A program made the translations under genes and the position numbers. DNA of 64,000 nt, from IMG/VR virus record IMGVR_UViG_3300032116_000025. One strand, given 5' to 3'. This document shows, piece after piece, positions 56,140 through 64,000 of the stretch (positions are counted from its first letter, which is position 1; every line of letters starts with the position of its first letter). Under the pieces are notes generated by a model. That model had not been told where the DNA came from, searched no databases, and saw only the letters and a list, made by a program, of their open reading frames with translations. The DNA is from a virus.

Positions 56140-56703
56140 TCATTCCGGCACCTCGTCAAGCGTGTCTTTCGCAAGGTCGCGGCACGCGATCATCTCGTTG
56201 AACCCCGGCGTATTGGGGTAGGGCGTGCAACCCACCCATGGGAGACACTCCGCGATGCGACGCCGGAACATCCGGCGTTCGTAGCGCAGCTTGTCCACTT
56301 CGCTGCGAAGCGCGTTGCGCTGGTCTTCGACCTCTTTGACCTTCGCGCGCCATGCGTCCGCGACGGTGCGGTCATACCCGGCACGGATGCGCGCGTGCAT
56401 CTGGTACTCTGACTCTTCCTGCGCGGCGCGAAGGCTGCGGATCACGCCAGCCGCTCGTTCAGCGGCGGCATCCACGTCAGTGGGCCCATCTGCGCCAACT
56501 TCTGCGATCAGAGTCTGAGCCGCTTGCCTAGCCTTCTCCTTTGTCTCTCTGAAGGAAGCCCTCGCCTCGTCGAACGCCGCCAGAAGGTCCTCGGCCATCG
56601 CCAGCGAGAGGCGCGTCGCGGGCTGCGTCACATTGAACTCCGCAAGCCGCGCCCGCATCAGCCTGATTGTTTCGCGGATCTCTGCTTCACGTTCAGCGTT
56701 CAT
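56140..56703 (-). CDS. Modular coiled-coil protein
   Basis: GAGGAG RBS before MNAERE; GADGP and ECLPWVG modules. Confidence 0.65.
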   Translation of the reverse strand: MNAEREAEIRETIRLMRARLAEFNVTQPATRLSLAMAEDLLAAFDEARASFRETKEKARQAAQTLIAEVGADGPTDVDAAAERAAGVIRSLRAAQEESEYQMHARIRAGYDRTVADAWRAKVKEVEDQRNALRSEVDKLRYERRMFRRRIAECLPWVGCTPYPNTPGFNEMIACRDLAKDTLDEVPE

Positions 56704-56918
56704 TGCTCCTCCTCTGTGTCGTGCAGCGACGCGATCCCGTCGTCCACGCGCACCTCCAGCGGAGCGCCGCACGCACAGGTGCCCGTGTCGCCTTCCTGCC
56801 ACCACGGATGGTGACCGGGATGCTGCGGCGGGTACGGCGGCATCTCGTGGCACCAGTCCCCGCATCGAGGGCACGGCAGCCACAGCCACCAGCCGTCGTC
56901 AGTCTGCGGTGCCGTCAT
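56700..56918 (-). CDS. Zinc-ribbon small protein
   Basis: CPRCG, CACG. Confidence 0.55.
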   Translation of the reverse strand: MTAPQTDDGWWLWLPCPRCGDWCHEMPPYPPQHPGHHPWWQEGDTGTCACGAPLEVRVDDGIASLHDTEEEQ

Positions 56919-57127
56919 CACGCCTTCTTCGGGGCGACCTCGAACACGTCGAAGTCGTCTCCTCCAAGGTTCCACTCATCAATGACGCGCAGGATGCCGC
57001 CGCTGTCCTCGATCAGCTCCCGCACCTGCTCTGCGTTCGGCTCCTTGGGCATATCGCCGTCAGGCCACAGCGCTCTCGCATTGAGCGTCACGTCAACCTT
57101 ATAGACGATCTGAAATTTCTTGTTCAT
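56918..57127 (-). CDS. Hypothetical protein
   Basis: Coupled. Confidence 0.6.
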   Translation of the reverse strand: MNKKFQIVYKVDVTLNARALWPDGDMPKEPNAEQVRELIEDSGGILRVIDEWNLGGDDFDVFEVAPKKA

Positions 57128-57600
57128 TCATCACCTTCCCTCAAAATCGACGGTTTCCACCCCGCTTCGCGACAGAACCGCAGCAAGTGCTCGGCGCTCT
57201 CTGGATCGATCTTGCGAAGACGCCCCGCGATCATCGCGATGTTGCGGATTGATTTCATCGCGCGGTCATGTTCTTGCTCGGCTTCGCCTGCTACCCGATC
57301 CTCATCACCCTGATCAATACGGCCGAGAAGCCGCAGGGCCTCAGGCATTGTGCTCATGATCGAAAGCAAGCCCAAACTCACGCGGTATCCGCGCTTCTCT
57401 TCAACACCTCGGCGCACATCCTCGACTGCGGACGACAGCAAAGAACCCAACGCTCCGAGCCGCTTCCACGTGACCTCATTCTGGCATGCCTTGCGCGTCT
57501 CAGGTGACTTCTTTCCCGCGCATAGCTGGGGGCGCACCCCGTCGTCGGCCATGCCGCACTTCACGCAGACGCCCTCTACGTATTTATGCAGAACGATCAT
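57124..57600 (-). CDS. Hypothetical protein
   Basis: H....CVKCG N-terminus. Confidence 0.6.
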   Translation of the reverse strand: MIVLHKYVEGVCVKCGMADDGVRPQLCAGKKSPETRKACQNEVTWKRLGALGSLLSSAVEDVRRGVEEKRGYRVSLGLLSIMSTMPEALRLLGRIDQGDEDRVAGEAEQEHDRAMKSIRNIAMIAGRLRKIDPESAEHLLRFCREAGWKPSILREGDE

Positions 57601-58126
57601 TTGCTTCTCCCGGGCGCGGGAGGGCTTCCAGCGCAGAAGCGATCTCCTGGTACGCGTGTTCAGTCATGCCGTCTGCAACGACGTGCAGACGACTGCGCGC
57701 CACCTCGCACATCTGCTGCGCTTCGCCAGCCCTTGAAACCCAGTCATCCAGTTCTACCAGTAACGCGTCTACGCGCTGAGCAAGAGAGTCGAAGACCACG
57801 GCCCTACCGACCATCACCTCGATCACCTCGCGCAGTCTCACGTCTTCTGGTTTTGCCAGTTCCTCCGCTAGGCTCTCGATGCGCTGTGCCATGGCGTCCA
57901 CCTGTCGCGACAGGGAAGCGTTCTCCGAGCTAAGCAAGTCGCTGTTCGACCGGAGGACCGCATTCTCTCGAAAAAGCTCTTTGACCGCCGCGCGCTGCTC
58001 TCTCCATGCCTGCGTAATGACAGTGAAGGCATCCTGATCGCGCGAACACTCTGGACAGAGAATCGGTCCAGCGCCGCTCCATCCCACGAGCCTCACGCCG
58101 TGACAGTAAGTGCACGTGTCGGTCAT
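57584..58126 (-). CDS. Zinc-ribbon plus coiled-coil protein
   Basis: CTYCHG..CPEC then heptads. Confidence 0.6.
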   Translation of the reverse strand: MTDTCTYCHGVRLVGWSGAGPILCPECSRDQDAFTVITQAWREQRAAVKELFRENAVLRSNSDLLSSENASLSRQVDAMAQRIESLAEELAKPEDVRLREVIEVMVGRAVVFDSLAQRVDALLVELDDWVSRAGEAQQMCEVARSRLHVVADGMTEHAYQEIASALEALPRPGEANDRSA

Positions 58127-58362
58127 TTGCTTCTACCCTCCTTCAGCCAGTCCTCAACTGCCCGCATCGCGGACACGATTCGATGAGACCCGGCCTGACC
58201 AGCCACAGCATACAAAGCTTGAACGGACAGCGCGTCAGCCGCGTTGACGCCGCTTGCTCGCAAAGCATCGCCCAGCCGAGAGTCGAGTTCTCGACGCCTT
58301 TGATGCTCGCGAAGGGCCCGCTCACCGATTGACTGATCCTCGTGCCATTGAGAGTTGCTCAT
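58123..58362 (-). CDS. Hypothetical protein
   Basis: ATGA coupling. Confidence 0.55.
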   Translation of the reverse strand: MSNSQWHEDQSIGERALREHQRRRELDSRLGDALRASGVNAADALSVQALYAVAGQAGSHRIVSAMRAVEDWLKEGRSK

Positions 58363-58619
58363 CGCTCAATCACCTTCACCGAACGGTTGGAGTAGAAGTT
58401 GATCGAGTAATCGACACCGACGACCACATCGAAGAGCGCGCCGTCGGCGTCTCGGACTCGCACGTCGATGCTGTCGGGCATCGGATCGCCAGCCCAGCGG
58501 CCCTTCTCTTCCCATCGCTCGCACGCATCCTGCGCCGCGTCCTCCGCGTCCATCGCCTCGATCTCGATGGCGTTGTCCTCGTCCTCGTAGTCAGGAACCC
58601 AGCATAGGTGCTTCATCAC
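58359..58619 (-). CDS. Acidic hypothetical protein
   Basis: IEA.DAEDAA motif. Confidence 0.6.
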   Translation of the reverse strand: MMKHLCWVPDYEDEDNAIEIEAMDAEDAAQDACERWEEKGRWAGDPMPDSIDVRVRDADGALFDVVVGVDYSINFYSNRSVKVIER

Positions 58620-59065
58620 TCGTGCTCCCCTCGGTGGATTGCGTCGCAGATCGAAACCAGTTCATCGAGCGTCTGCATGGATGCGTTTGTCTTGTGGACC
58701 ACGCGATTTCGCATCCACGCCACGATCTTCATACGCTCGTTGAACGCCTCGTTGTGTACCGCCTGCTCCGCGTCGGCCTCGGCGTGCGCGAGGCGCGTCT
58801 TGAGTTCGTCGCGCTCTGTGCGAAGGTCCTCCAGTTCCCATATATGTCGCTCTGAGGAGCAATCTAGAGACGTGGATAGATTTGCTACGGTTCCACGCAG
58901 TTCGATTCGCTCTGCCTCAAGGGCCATCTTCTCCGACAGAATCCGCATCGCCGTCCGGTACACGGCGTTGAGCGCCTCGCGGTACTCGTAGACCGACACG
59001 CGGTCTGCGTCGTCGTTGGCACGGTCGAGGACCGCCTTGATGTCGTCTAGGTTGAGTTGGATCAC
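58616..59065 (-). CDS. Modular coiled-coil protein
   Basis: ERDEL, ER.KIVAW, DAI.RGEH. Confidence 0.6.
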   Translation of the reverse strand: MIQLNLDDIKAVLDRANDDADRVSVYEYREALNAVYRTAMRILSEKMALEAERIELRGTVANLSTSLDCSSERHIWELEDLRTERDELKTRLAHAEADAEQAVHNEAFNERMKIVAWMRNRVVHKTNASMQTLDELVSICDAIHRGEHE

Positions 59066-59814
59066 GGCTCATGCTTCCTTGCGAAGTCGCACACTTCCAA
59101 TCCGGTTAGCGATCTCACGTTGATGTTTGCGCGGTCCTGGTCAACCGCCCACACGACTTCCTTGTGTGCCGCATCAAGCGCCCACTTCGCGCCGCGTTCC
59201 TCGGCGCACCGGAGGCACACGCCGCAGGGGCCGCTCTCGGGCTCGCCAGCCTTTGCTTCGCGGCATCCGACGCCTCGGAGCATCTCGACCTCGGCGTGGA
59301 GGCGCGCAATGCTGCAAGCGGTCGCCACGACCTCATCGACGCGTGCCACCTGACCGATGCGCCCGGTGTCGTCTGTGCTGACGAGGCCGAGAGCATCGGC
59401 CACGCGCACGAAGTCTCGCCGTGACTCTCGGATCTCGGCGGCGGCTCGCTCGGCAACCGAGTCCACGTCGGCGGGGCCGTCCGCGCCGATTTCCGCGACG
59501 AGCACCTGGCAAGCTCGACGGGCGCGATGCCGTGCCTCGTCGCGCTCCTTCACAAGCTGCTCGTAGTGTGACCGCAGCATCACTACATTGGTGTCTGTGA
59601 TGAACGTGTAGGTATGCCTGATCTCGTCCGCCATCTTCGTATCCTCAGTTTTTAGAGGGCACCAGTAAGGAGCGCTGACGACGCTATCTGCGCCGACCCT
59701 AAGTTCTAGTAGTGACTCTTCTGGCGCGTTGTTGTGGTCACACCGCGCCGACATCTCTCTGTGCTGCAATGACCAAGTAGAGTCGCGGTAGTAGCAAGCT
59801 CCGCAGTTTTTCAT
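59062..59814 (-). CDS. Modular coiled-coil protein
   Basis: ERDEAR, GADGP, RGAKWAL modules. Confidence 0.65.
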   Translation of the reverse strand: MKNCGACYYRDSTWSLQHREMSARCDHNNAPEESLLELRVGADSVVSAPYWCPLKTEDTKMADEIRHTYTFITDTNVVMLRSHYEQLVKERDEARHRARRACQVLVAEIGADGPADVDSVAERAAAEIRESRRDFVRVADALGLVSTDDTGRIGQVARVDEVVATACSIARLHAEVEMLRGVGCREAKAGEPESGPCGVCLRCAEERGAKWALDAAHKEVVWAVDQDRANINVRSLTGLEVCDFARKHEP

Positions 59815-60875
59815 CGCTTCTCCCTTGCGTATCGACAGATTTCTTGGGCGTACTGATCTAGTGTCTTGCTATCGAACGGGTTGTCGTGACGCTCCAAGGC
59901 CCACTTCGCGCCCCGCACCTCAGCAGCCTCAATGCTTGGGCGCGCCTTGTTTGCGAGGTTCTCTTGTAGCTGCGCCAGCAGCGTCTCGCGCTCAACTCCT
60001 GGCTGGACGTAGAGGCGCGGGTAGCTCCATTCCTGGATGATGTCGCGCAGCCGCTCAACCTCGGCCCGCGCCTCGTCGCGCTCCTCAAGGGTGCGCAGCA
60101 CATCGGCCAGCCCGCAGACGTGCTCCTGACCGCGGGCGTGGCGCTGCTTCATGACCGCTACCCAGCGGGCTTCGTCCTCTCGGTGGGGATCCCAGTTTAT
60201 GGCTGCGCCCGCGCGAGTCAGTCGCGCCAACTCAGCCCATGCCTCGTTGCGTTGGCGGATCAGCGCATCCACCGGAGTCTCGTCTTGCCGCCACCGGAAG
60301 TCGAAGTCGGTACCTTCAACGCGCGTGACCACCGCCGTGCGGGCTTTATTAGTCTCCGTGCGCGATGTGTCGCGCTCAGCTACCAGAGCTGCCCAGACAG
60401 CGTGCGCGTCAGAGACGCTCTGTGAAACGCCGACGGCTTCGGTGTGATGTCCGCCGTCGCCGTGAATGACTGCCAGTAGCTCACCTAGCCAGTGCCGTGC
60501 CTCGTCGCGTTCGCCCCGCGCGGTTTCCATGCGTGTTAGGTCGGCAGTCGCAAACTCGGTCATCATCTGCAATCCGTTAAGCGCGCGGTCCTGCGCTTGT
60601 CCTTGCTCAGTCGCAAGAATCAGCTTGGTGTGCAGGTCGGTATTCTCTTTGGACAGCTTTTTGCTCCATTCCAGCATCTCTACGATGCTCATGTAGCGGA
60701 CTGGAAAGCCGTAGTACGACTTCTCGTATTCCGTACCCGTCTTTAGGCACTTATGCCGGACGGTATCTTCTTCCTGGGAGATGTATGTGATCTCCCCGAC
60801 GTACGAGCTGCCGTCTGCGGGGACGACCAGGTCTCCCACCTTGTACTTCATCTCCAGCCCCCGCTTTTCAGTCAT
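59811..60875 (-). CDS. Modular coiled-coil protein (Ead/Ea22-like mosaic)
   Basis: ERDEAR x2, ELLAVIHGDGGH, RGAKWAL; start uncertain (60899/60875/60851). Confidence 0.65.
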   Translation of the reverse strand: MTEKRGLEMKYKVGDLVVPADGSSYVGEITYISQEEDTVRHKCLKTGTEYEKSYYGFPVRYMSIVEMLEWSKKLSKENTDLHTKLILATEQGQAQDRALNGLQMMTEFATADLTRMETARGERDEARHWLGELLAVIHGDGGHHTEAVGVSQSVSDAHAVWAALVAERDTSRTETNKARTAVVTRVEGTDFDFRWRQDETPVDALIRQRNEAWAELARLTRAGAAINWDPHREDEARWVAVMKQRHARGQEHVCGLADVLRTLEERDEARAEVERLRDIIQEWSYPRLYVQPGVERETLLAQLQENLANKARPSIEAAEVRGAKWALERHDNPFDSKTLDQYAQEICRYAREKR

Positions 60876-61054
60876 CTTCCCCTCCGTCTTGTTGCTCATG
60901 CTCCCACTCCTTCTTTGCGCATTTGGCGCAAAAAACAGCAGGCGGGAGCCAGTCATAGACTCGCACCCGCCTGCCGCAAACTGCACATTTGTACGTGCCG
61001 ATAAACTGCTTGGCTGTTTGTTTGCCCAGCGATCCCCCTAGTGATCTAGCAAAG

Positions 61055-61125
61055 CTCGGGGCCGTGGATTCGAACCACGATTCACGGATTCAAAGTCCGC
61101 TGTCCTGCCCTTAGACGAGCCCCGA
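61055..61125 (-). tRNA. tRNA-Gln(UUG)
   Basis: Minus strand TCGGGGC...GCCCCGA-G; GCGGA-CTTTGAA-TCCGT anticodon arm; GGTTCGAATCC T arm; U1-A72 and G73 fit Gln. Confidence 0.92.
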
Positions 61126-61129
61126 TTAA

Positions 61130-61561
61130 TCACTTAGCTCCGTCTACGCGGAGTTCACTCCACCATGGCAGGGACTTCTCAAACCTCCTGGCCATCGCTT
61201 CGATCTTCTCCCGCGTAACTCCGTGGGTGTTTCTTGCTGCCGCCACCTCAACAGAAACGTCCACGCGGACAAATGACACTCGATAGCCGCGAGCTTCGGC
61301 AACCGCGACGTAGGGCGATGCCTCCCACAGAGACACGTTCGTGTTGTCCACAACCACGGTCGGCGTACGGTTCATTGTGGCGACCAAGAACTGCCTCATG
61401 CAGTGCTGGTGCGCTTCGTTAATCCGTGAGGCGTCGTACTTGTAAACCCCGTTGTTCACGAACAGGTTGTCCGCCGAACATACGGTGGCGTCGGGGTAGT
61501 TCTTCTTAGCGTAAGTGGACTTTCCGCTGCCCGGAAGCCCTCTCATGATTACGCAGATCAA
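61130..61561 (-). CDS. P-loop kinase (AAA_33 / N4BP2-like)
   Basis: MRGLPGSGKST, SAD, VVDNTN, RNTHGV. Confidence 0.85.
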   Translation of the reverse strand: MICVIMRGLPGSGKSTYAKKNYPDATVCSADNLFVNNGVYKYDASRINEAHQHCMRQFLVATMNRTPTVVVDNTNVSLWEASPYVAVAEARGYRVSFVRVDVSVEVAAARNTHGVTREKIEAMARRFEKSLPWWSELRVDGAK

Positions 61562-61563
61562 GG

Positions 61564-61923
61564 TTACTCTCCCTTCACAACAGCGTATCCGCGCTCACAC
61601 GCCTTAAAGTATGACCCCAGCCGAAGCGGCTTAGCCGACTTGGTAACGTAGTAGTGCTCGGACATGCAGTCCAAACAGTAGATCGGACCACGCAAAAGCT
61701 TTGTCCCATCGTCGTCCTTGTCAGACACCGGAACTGGCGAATCTGTGATGGTGCGGGAGATCCACTCCCAGCCCTCGTTTGAGTTATTCCAGCTTTCGGT
61801 AGCGTCCACCTGCCCGACCTTCAAGCCTCCGATCTTGATTGACCCGCCTCGGTCAGCAAGAGGGATGAGCTTCACGATTGGGGTTACTCCGTACAGGGTT
61901 CCGCCACAGTTCAGACACTTCAT
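61564..61923 (-). CDS. Zinc-ribbon hypothetical protein
   Basis: MKCLNCG, CLDC; GGAGG RBS. Confidence 0.65.
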   Translation of the reverse strand: MKCLNCGGTLYGVTPIVKLIPLADRGGSIKIGGLKVGQVDATESWNNSNEGWEWISRTITDSPVPVSDKDDDGTKLLRGPIYCLDCMSEHYYVTKSAKPLRLGSYFKACERGYAVVKGE

Positions 61924-61959
61924 AAATACCTCCAAATCCTTATACGACGATCTTTGGCG

Positions 61960-61967
61960 CCTATCAG
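61960..61967 (+). promoter_or_regulatory. CCTATCAG element
   Basis: 14 nt before ATG 61982. Confidence 0.7.
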
Positions 61968-61981
61968 TGTGTGGAGGCAAT

Positions 61982-62743
61982 ATGCTGATCCACACACCAG
62001 ATTCTAATTACGTAACCAACTACTCGTCCCAGATCATCAAGGGTGCAGACGACCCTCAGTACGGCATGCCGCTCGTGGTCATGGACTCTCGGTTTCTGAC
62101 GCCCCATGACGAAGAGCTGATGCTGGCGCTCTCACAGTACAGCCCGCGAACTCGGTTCAAGCCGGGCGATCTAGCCATGCTAGACGGGGCGGTTCCAAAG
62201 AAGCTCGTGGTAACGCAAGAGAAGATCCCCAGAGTATGGGAGGTTCGCTTTGTGGTATCGCGGTGGGCAATGGAGGCCATGCTCACTATTCACTCAAAGC
62301 TAGACGTGCATGGCATCGACCACCTGTTCGAGATCATCAGGTCTCACGGTGGCCTCCCACAGCACACGTACAACAGCCCGGTCATTTACGCCCATGGATA
62401 CCCTCACGGTATCTATCCCAACACAGCAGCTTGGCTGTCGGACTGGAACCTGAAGAAGCTGGCAATCCGCGATCCTATCGTGGGGTGGCACGAGATTGTG
62501 GAAGAGGCCGGAGCGCCGTTTCTCGGCTACGACACCTCAGGGCTTGTAGCGCCCTTTCAGTTCGAGGTTGCTCCCGACAAGTACAGCGTTGGCAACAACC
62601 TAAAGCACCCGTTTATGCACGAAGAACCTGGGGTTCATACCCTGTGCACAATGGGATTTGAAGAGCAGCTGTTCGACCCGATCGTTGTCGGGTCAAATCG
62701 ACGACTGAAGCCAATCGCCAAAGACCACGACATCTTCCGGTGA
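61982..62743 (+). CDS. Hypothetical protein
   Basis: GGAGG RBS, CCTATCAG upstream, terminator downstream. Confidence 0.7.
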   Translation: MLIHTPDSNYVTNYSSQIIKGADDPQYGMPLVVMDSRFLTPHDEELMLALSQYSPRTRFKPGDLAMLDGAVPKKLVVTQEKIPRVWEVRFVVSRWAMEAMLTIHSKLDVHGIDHLFEIIRSHGGLPQHTYNSPVIYAHGYPHGIYPNTAAWLSDWNLKKLAIRDPIVGWHEIVEEAGAPFLGYDTSGLVAPFQFEVAPDKYSVGNNLKHPFMHEEPGVHTLCTMGFEEQLFDPIVVGSNRRLKPIAKDHDIFR

Positions 62744-62746
62744 TCT

Positions 62747-62775
62747 GAATGGGGGCAAACGCCCCCATTCTTTTT
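62747..62775 (+). terminator. Intrinsic terminator
   Basis: GAATGGGGGC-AAAC-GCCCCCATTC-TTTTT. Confidence 0.85.
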
Positions 62776-62776
62776 G

Positions 62777-63361
62777 CTATTTTACCCAGTCTTCGCTCAT
62801 CTTCGTGAAGCTCTTTCCAACCTCTTTGCCGCGCATGAGGTGGCGAGTCACCTGAGCAAGTAACTGAGCGTCCGTCTTTGCGTCGTGAAGGTCCTTAACG
62901 CTGTAGTCTAGCCTAAAGAAGTTTGCCAGATCAGCCAGCTTGTGTCCCCTGTGGTACTTCATCTCAACGTGATGCTTTTTGGCGTATGTCATAGAGCACA
63001 GCGTAGGGATTCCACGCGGCCATCGTTCTGTCGGGATCTCTCGAAGGAGCATCTTTGCGTCAAACTGTAGGTTGTGAGCCACCCATGGTGCGCGAGTTAG
63101 CTCCTCCAAGACCTCATCCATTACGTCTTGAAACGACGGGGCCTTCGCCACCATGTCATCGGTAATGCCGTGAATCCGGGTAGCCTCTGCGGGGATGGAT
63201 TTCCCCGGGTAAACCAGCCAAGACTGCGTCTTGAGCCGACCGTCTCCAAAGAAGGAGGCTACGGCAACCTGGCAAATGCGATCATCGCGCCCAAGCCCCG
63301 TGGTTTCCGTGTCAATCGCTACAAACGGGATCTGATCCCAAAAAAGTTCATCCCAGTTCAT
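62777..63361 (-). CDS. DEDDh 3'-5' exonuclease (DNA pol III epsilon-like)
   Basis: IDTETTGL, IHGITD.MV..AP.F, AHN.QFD, HDA..DA. Confidence 0.9.
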   Translation of the reverse strand: MNWDELFWDQIPFVAIDTETTGLGRDDRICQVAVASFFGDGRLKTQSWLVYPGKSIPAEATRIHGITDDMVAKAPSFQDVMDEVLEELTRAPWVAHNLQFDAKMLLREIPTERWPRGIPTLCSMTYAKKHHVEMKYHRGHKLADLANFFRLDYSVKDLHDAKTDAQLLAQVTRHLMRGKEVGKSFTKMSEDWVK

Positions 63362-63999
63362 GGCTTCTTCCCGTGGATAATCTCGTGGTTGGCGTCGTTT
63401 GGATGCTTAAACGCCAGAAATAGGGCAATAGACAAAGATCGACACACGTCTTCGAGGGCAAAGTCGTTCAGAGACCAAATTGTTGTTGGGTTTCCGTCAG
63501 GAGCCACGCCCGGTTGAGCGTCCGCCTTCTTGCGGATCAGGTCACGGGCAGCCAGGGCAACGACAGCAAGCCGGTCAGACACTTCTGGATCGTCAATCTG
63601 CCCCGGGACCGACAGTGTCTCAGAAATGGGTGCAGCGAAGCCGGCAAGCCATTGCTTACACATCTCAGAGACTAGGTACTCAGGGGCAACAAAACGGGAA
63701 GTTAGGGGGTTGCCCCCTTCGTGGTACTCACGGACGACGTCAACAATTTCTGCCTCGACGGCCATTGCAAAGTCTTGGCTAGGCTTGCCAGCGTTTGCTG
63801 CAACGCGTCCAGCTTGGATTGCTTCAGACAGAAGCACCTCTGCAACGCTCTCCAGAACAGCTTGCTCGTGCCCCGCAGCTAAAAGCTTCCTGAGCACCTT
63901 TACGCTTGCGGCACTTCTAAGTCCAGCACCCTTTAGGGCTCCCGTCAAAGACGAACTAGGGCCAGCCTTTTGCGCTGGCGTCTGTTTCTTACTATTCAT
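63358..63999 (-). CDS. Hypothetical protein (start at window edge)
   Basis: ORF track. Confidence 0.6.
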   Translation of the reverse strand: MNSKKQTPAQKAGPSSSLTGALKGAGLRSAASVKVLRKLLAAGHEQAVLESVAEVLLSEAIQAGRVAANAGKPSQDFAMAVEAEIVDVVREYHEGGNPLTSRFVAPEYLVSEMCKQWLAGFAAPISETLSVPGQIDDPEVSDRLAVVALAARDLIRKKADAQPGVAPDGNPTTIWSLNDFALEDVCRSLSIALFLAFKHPNDANHEIIHGKKP

Positions 64000-64000
64000 A

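Noticed and set aside
60938-60975. GCAGGCGGG...CCCGCCTGC hairpin as an ncRNA
   Set aside because: Lies within the zinc-ribbon frame; may be a terminator for tRNA-Gln, but no RNA family is recognisable
1301-63782. Many plus-strand ORFs in the track (e.g. 1568..2173, 11260..11952, 32042..32734, 56633..57313)
   Set aside because: Antisense shadows of minus-strand genes in GC-rich DNA, with no RBS or protein-like composition
1-64000. Stop-codon reassignment (TAG or TGA recoding)
   Set aside because: Genes tile densely under the standard code; TAG and TGA both end recognisable full-length proteins, with the next gene starting immediately; no suppressor tRNA seen
1-64000. CRISPR array, IS element, integrase, reverse transcriptase/DGR
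   Set aside because: No spaced direct repeats, long intergenic region or relevant catalytic motifs seen by eye
1-64000. Host assignment (e.g. myxobacteria)
   Set aside because: GC content and an AT-hook-like motif are not diagnostic; needs homology or spacer matches

Overview
A 64 kb gene-dense segment of a large, probably jumbo, tailed bacteriophage genome; the host cannot be read from the sequence. Nearly all genes are on the minus strand, with four isolated plus-strand CDS. About 1-31 kb holds virion and lysis genes: a tape-measure-like protein, baseplate/hub-like proteins, fibre/decoration-like paralogues, an amidase endolysin, a holin-like protein and a sigma70-family factor. About 31-64 kb holds small accessory genes plus GroES, ATP-dependent ligase, RNase HII, ThyX, dCTP deaminase, two DEDDh exonucleases, a P-loop kinase, a SAM methyltransferase, tRNA-Ile(UAU) and tRNA-Gln(UUG). 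The strongest unexplained signals are: (i) an 8-bp element CCTATCAG, 11 exact copies plus 3 variants, all intergenic and oriented with the downstream gene, including the phage sigma gene and all four plus-strand genes, which looks like a phage-specific promoter class; (ii) a parallel class of host-type TANNNT leaderless promoters on virion genes; (iii) a multidomain protein with K-x-A motifs at its domain junctions, echoed in neighbouring basic proteins; (iv) module-shuffled protein families at 29-31 kb and 55-61 kb. Motifs were found by eye and family names come from recalled motifs, not searches.
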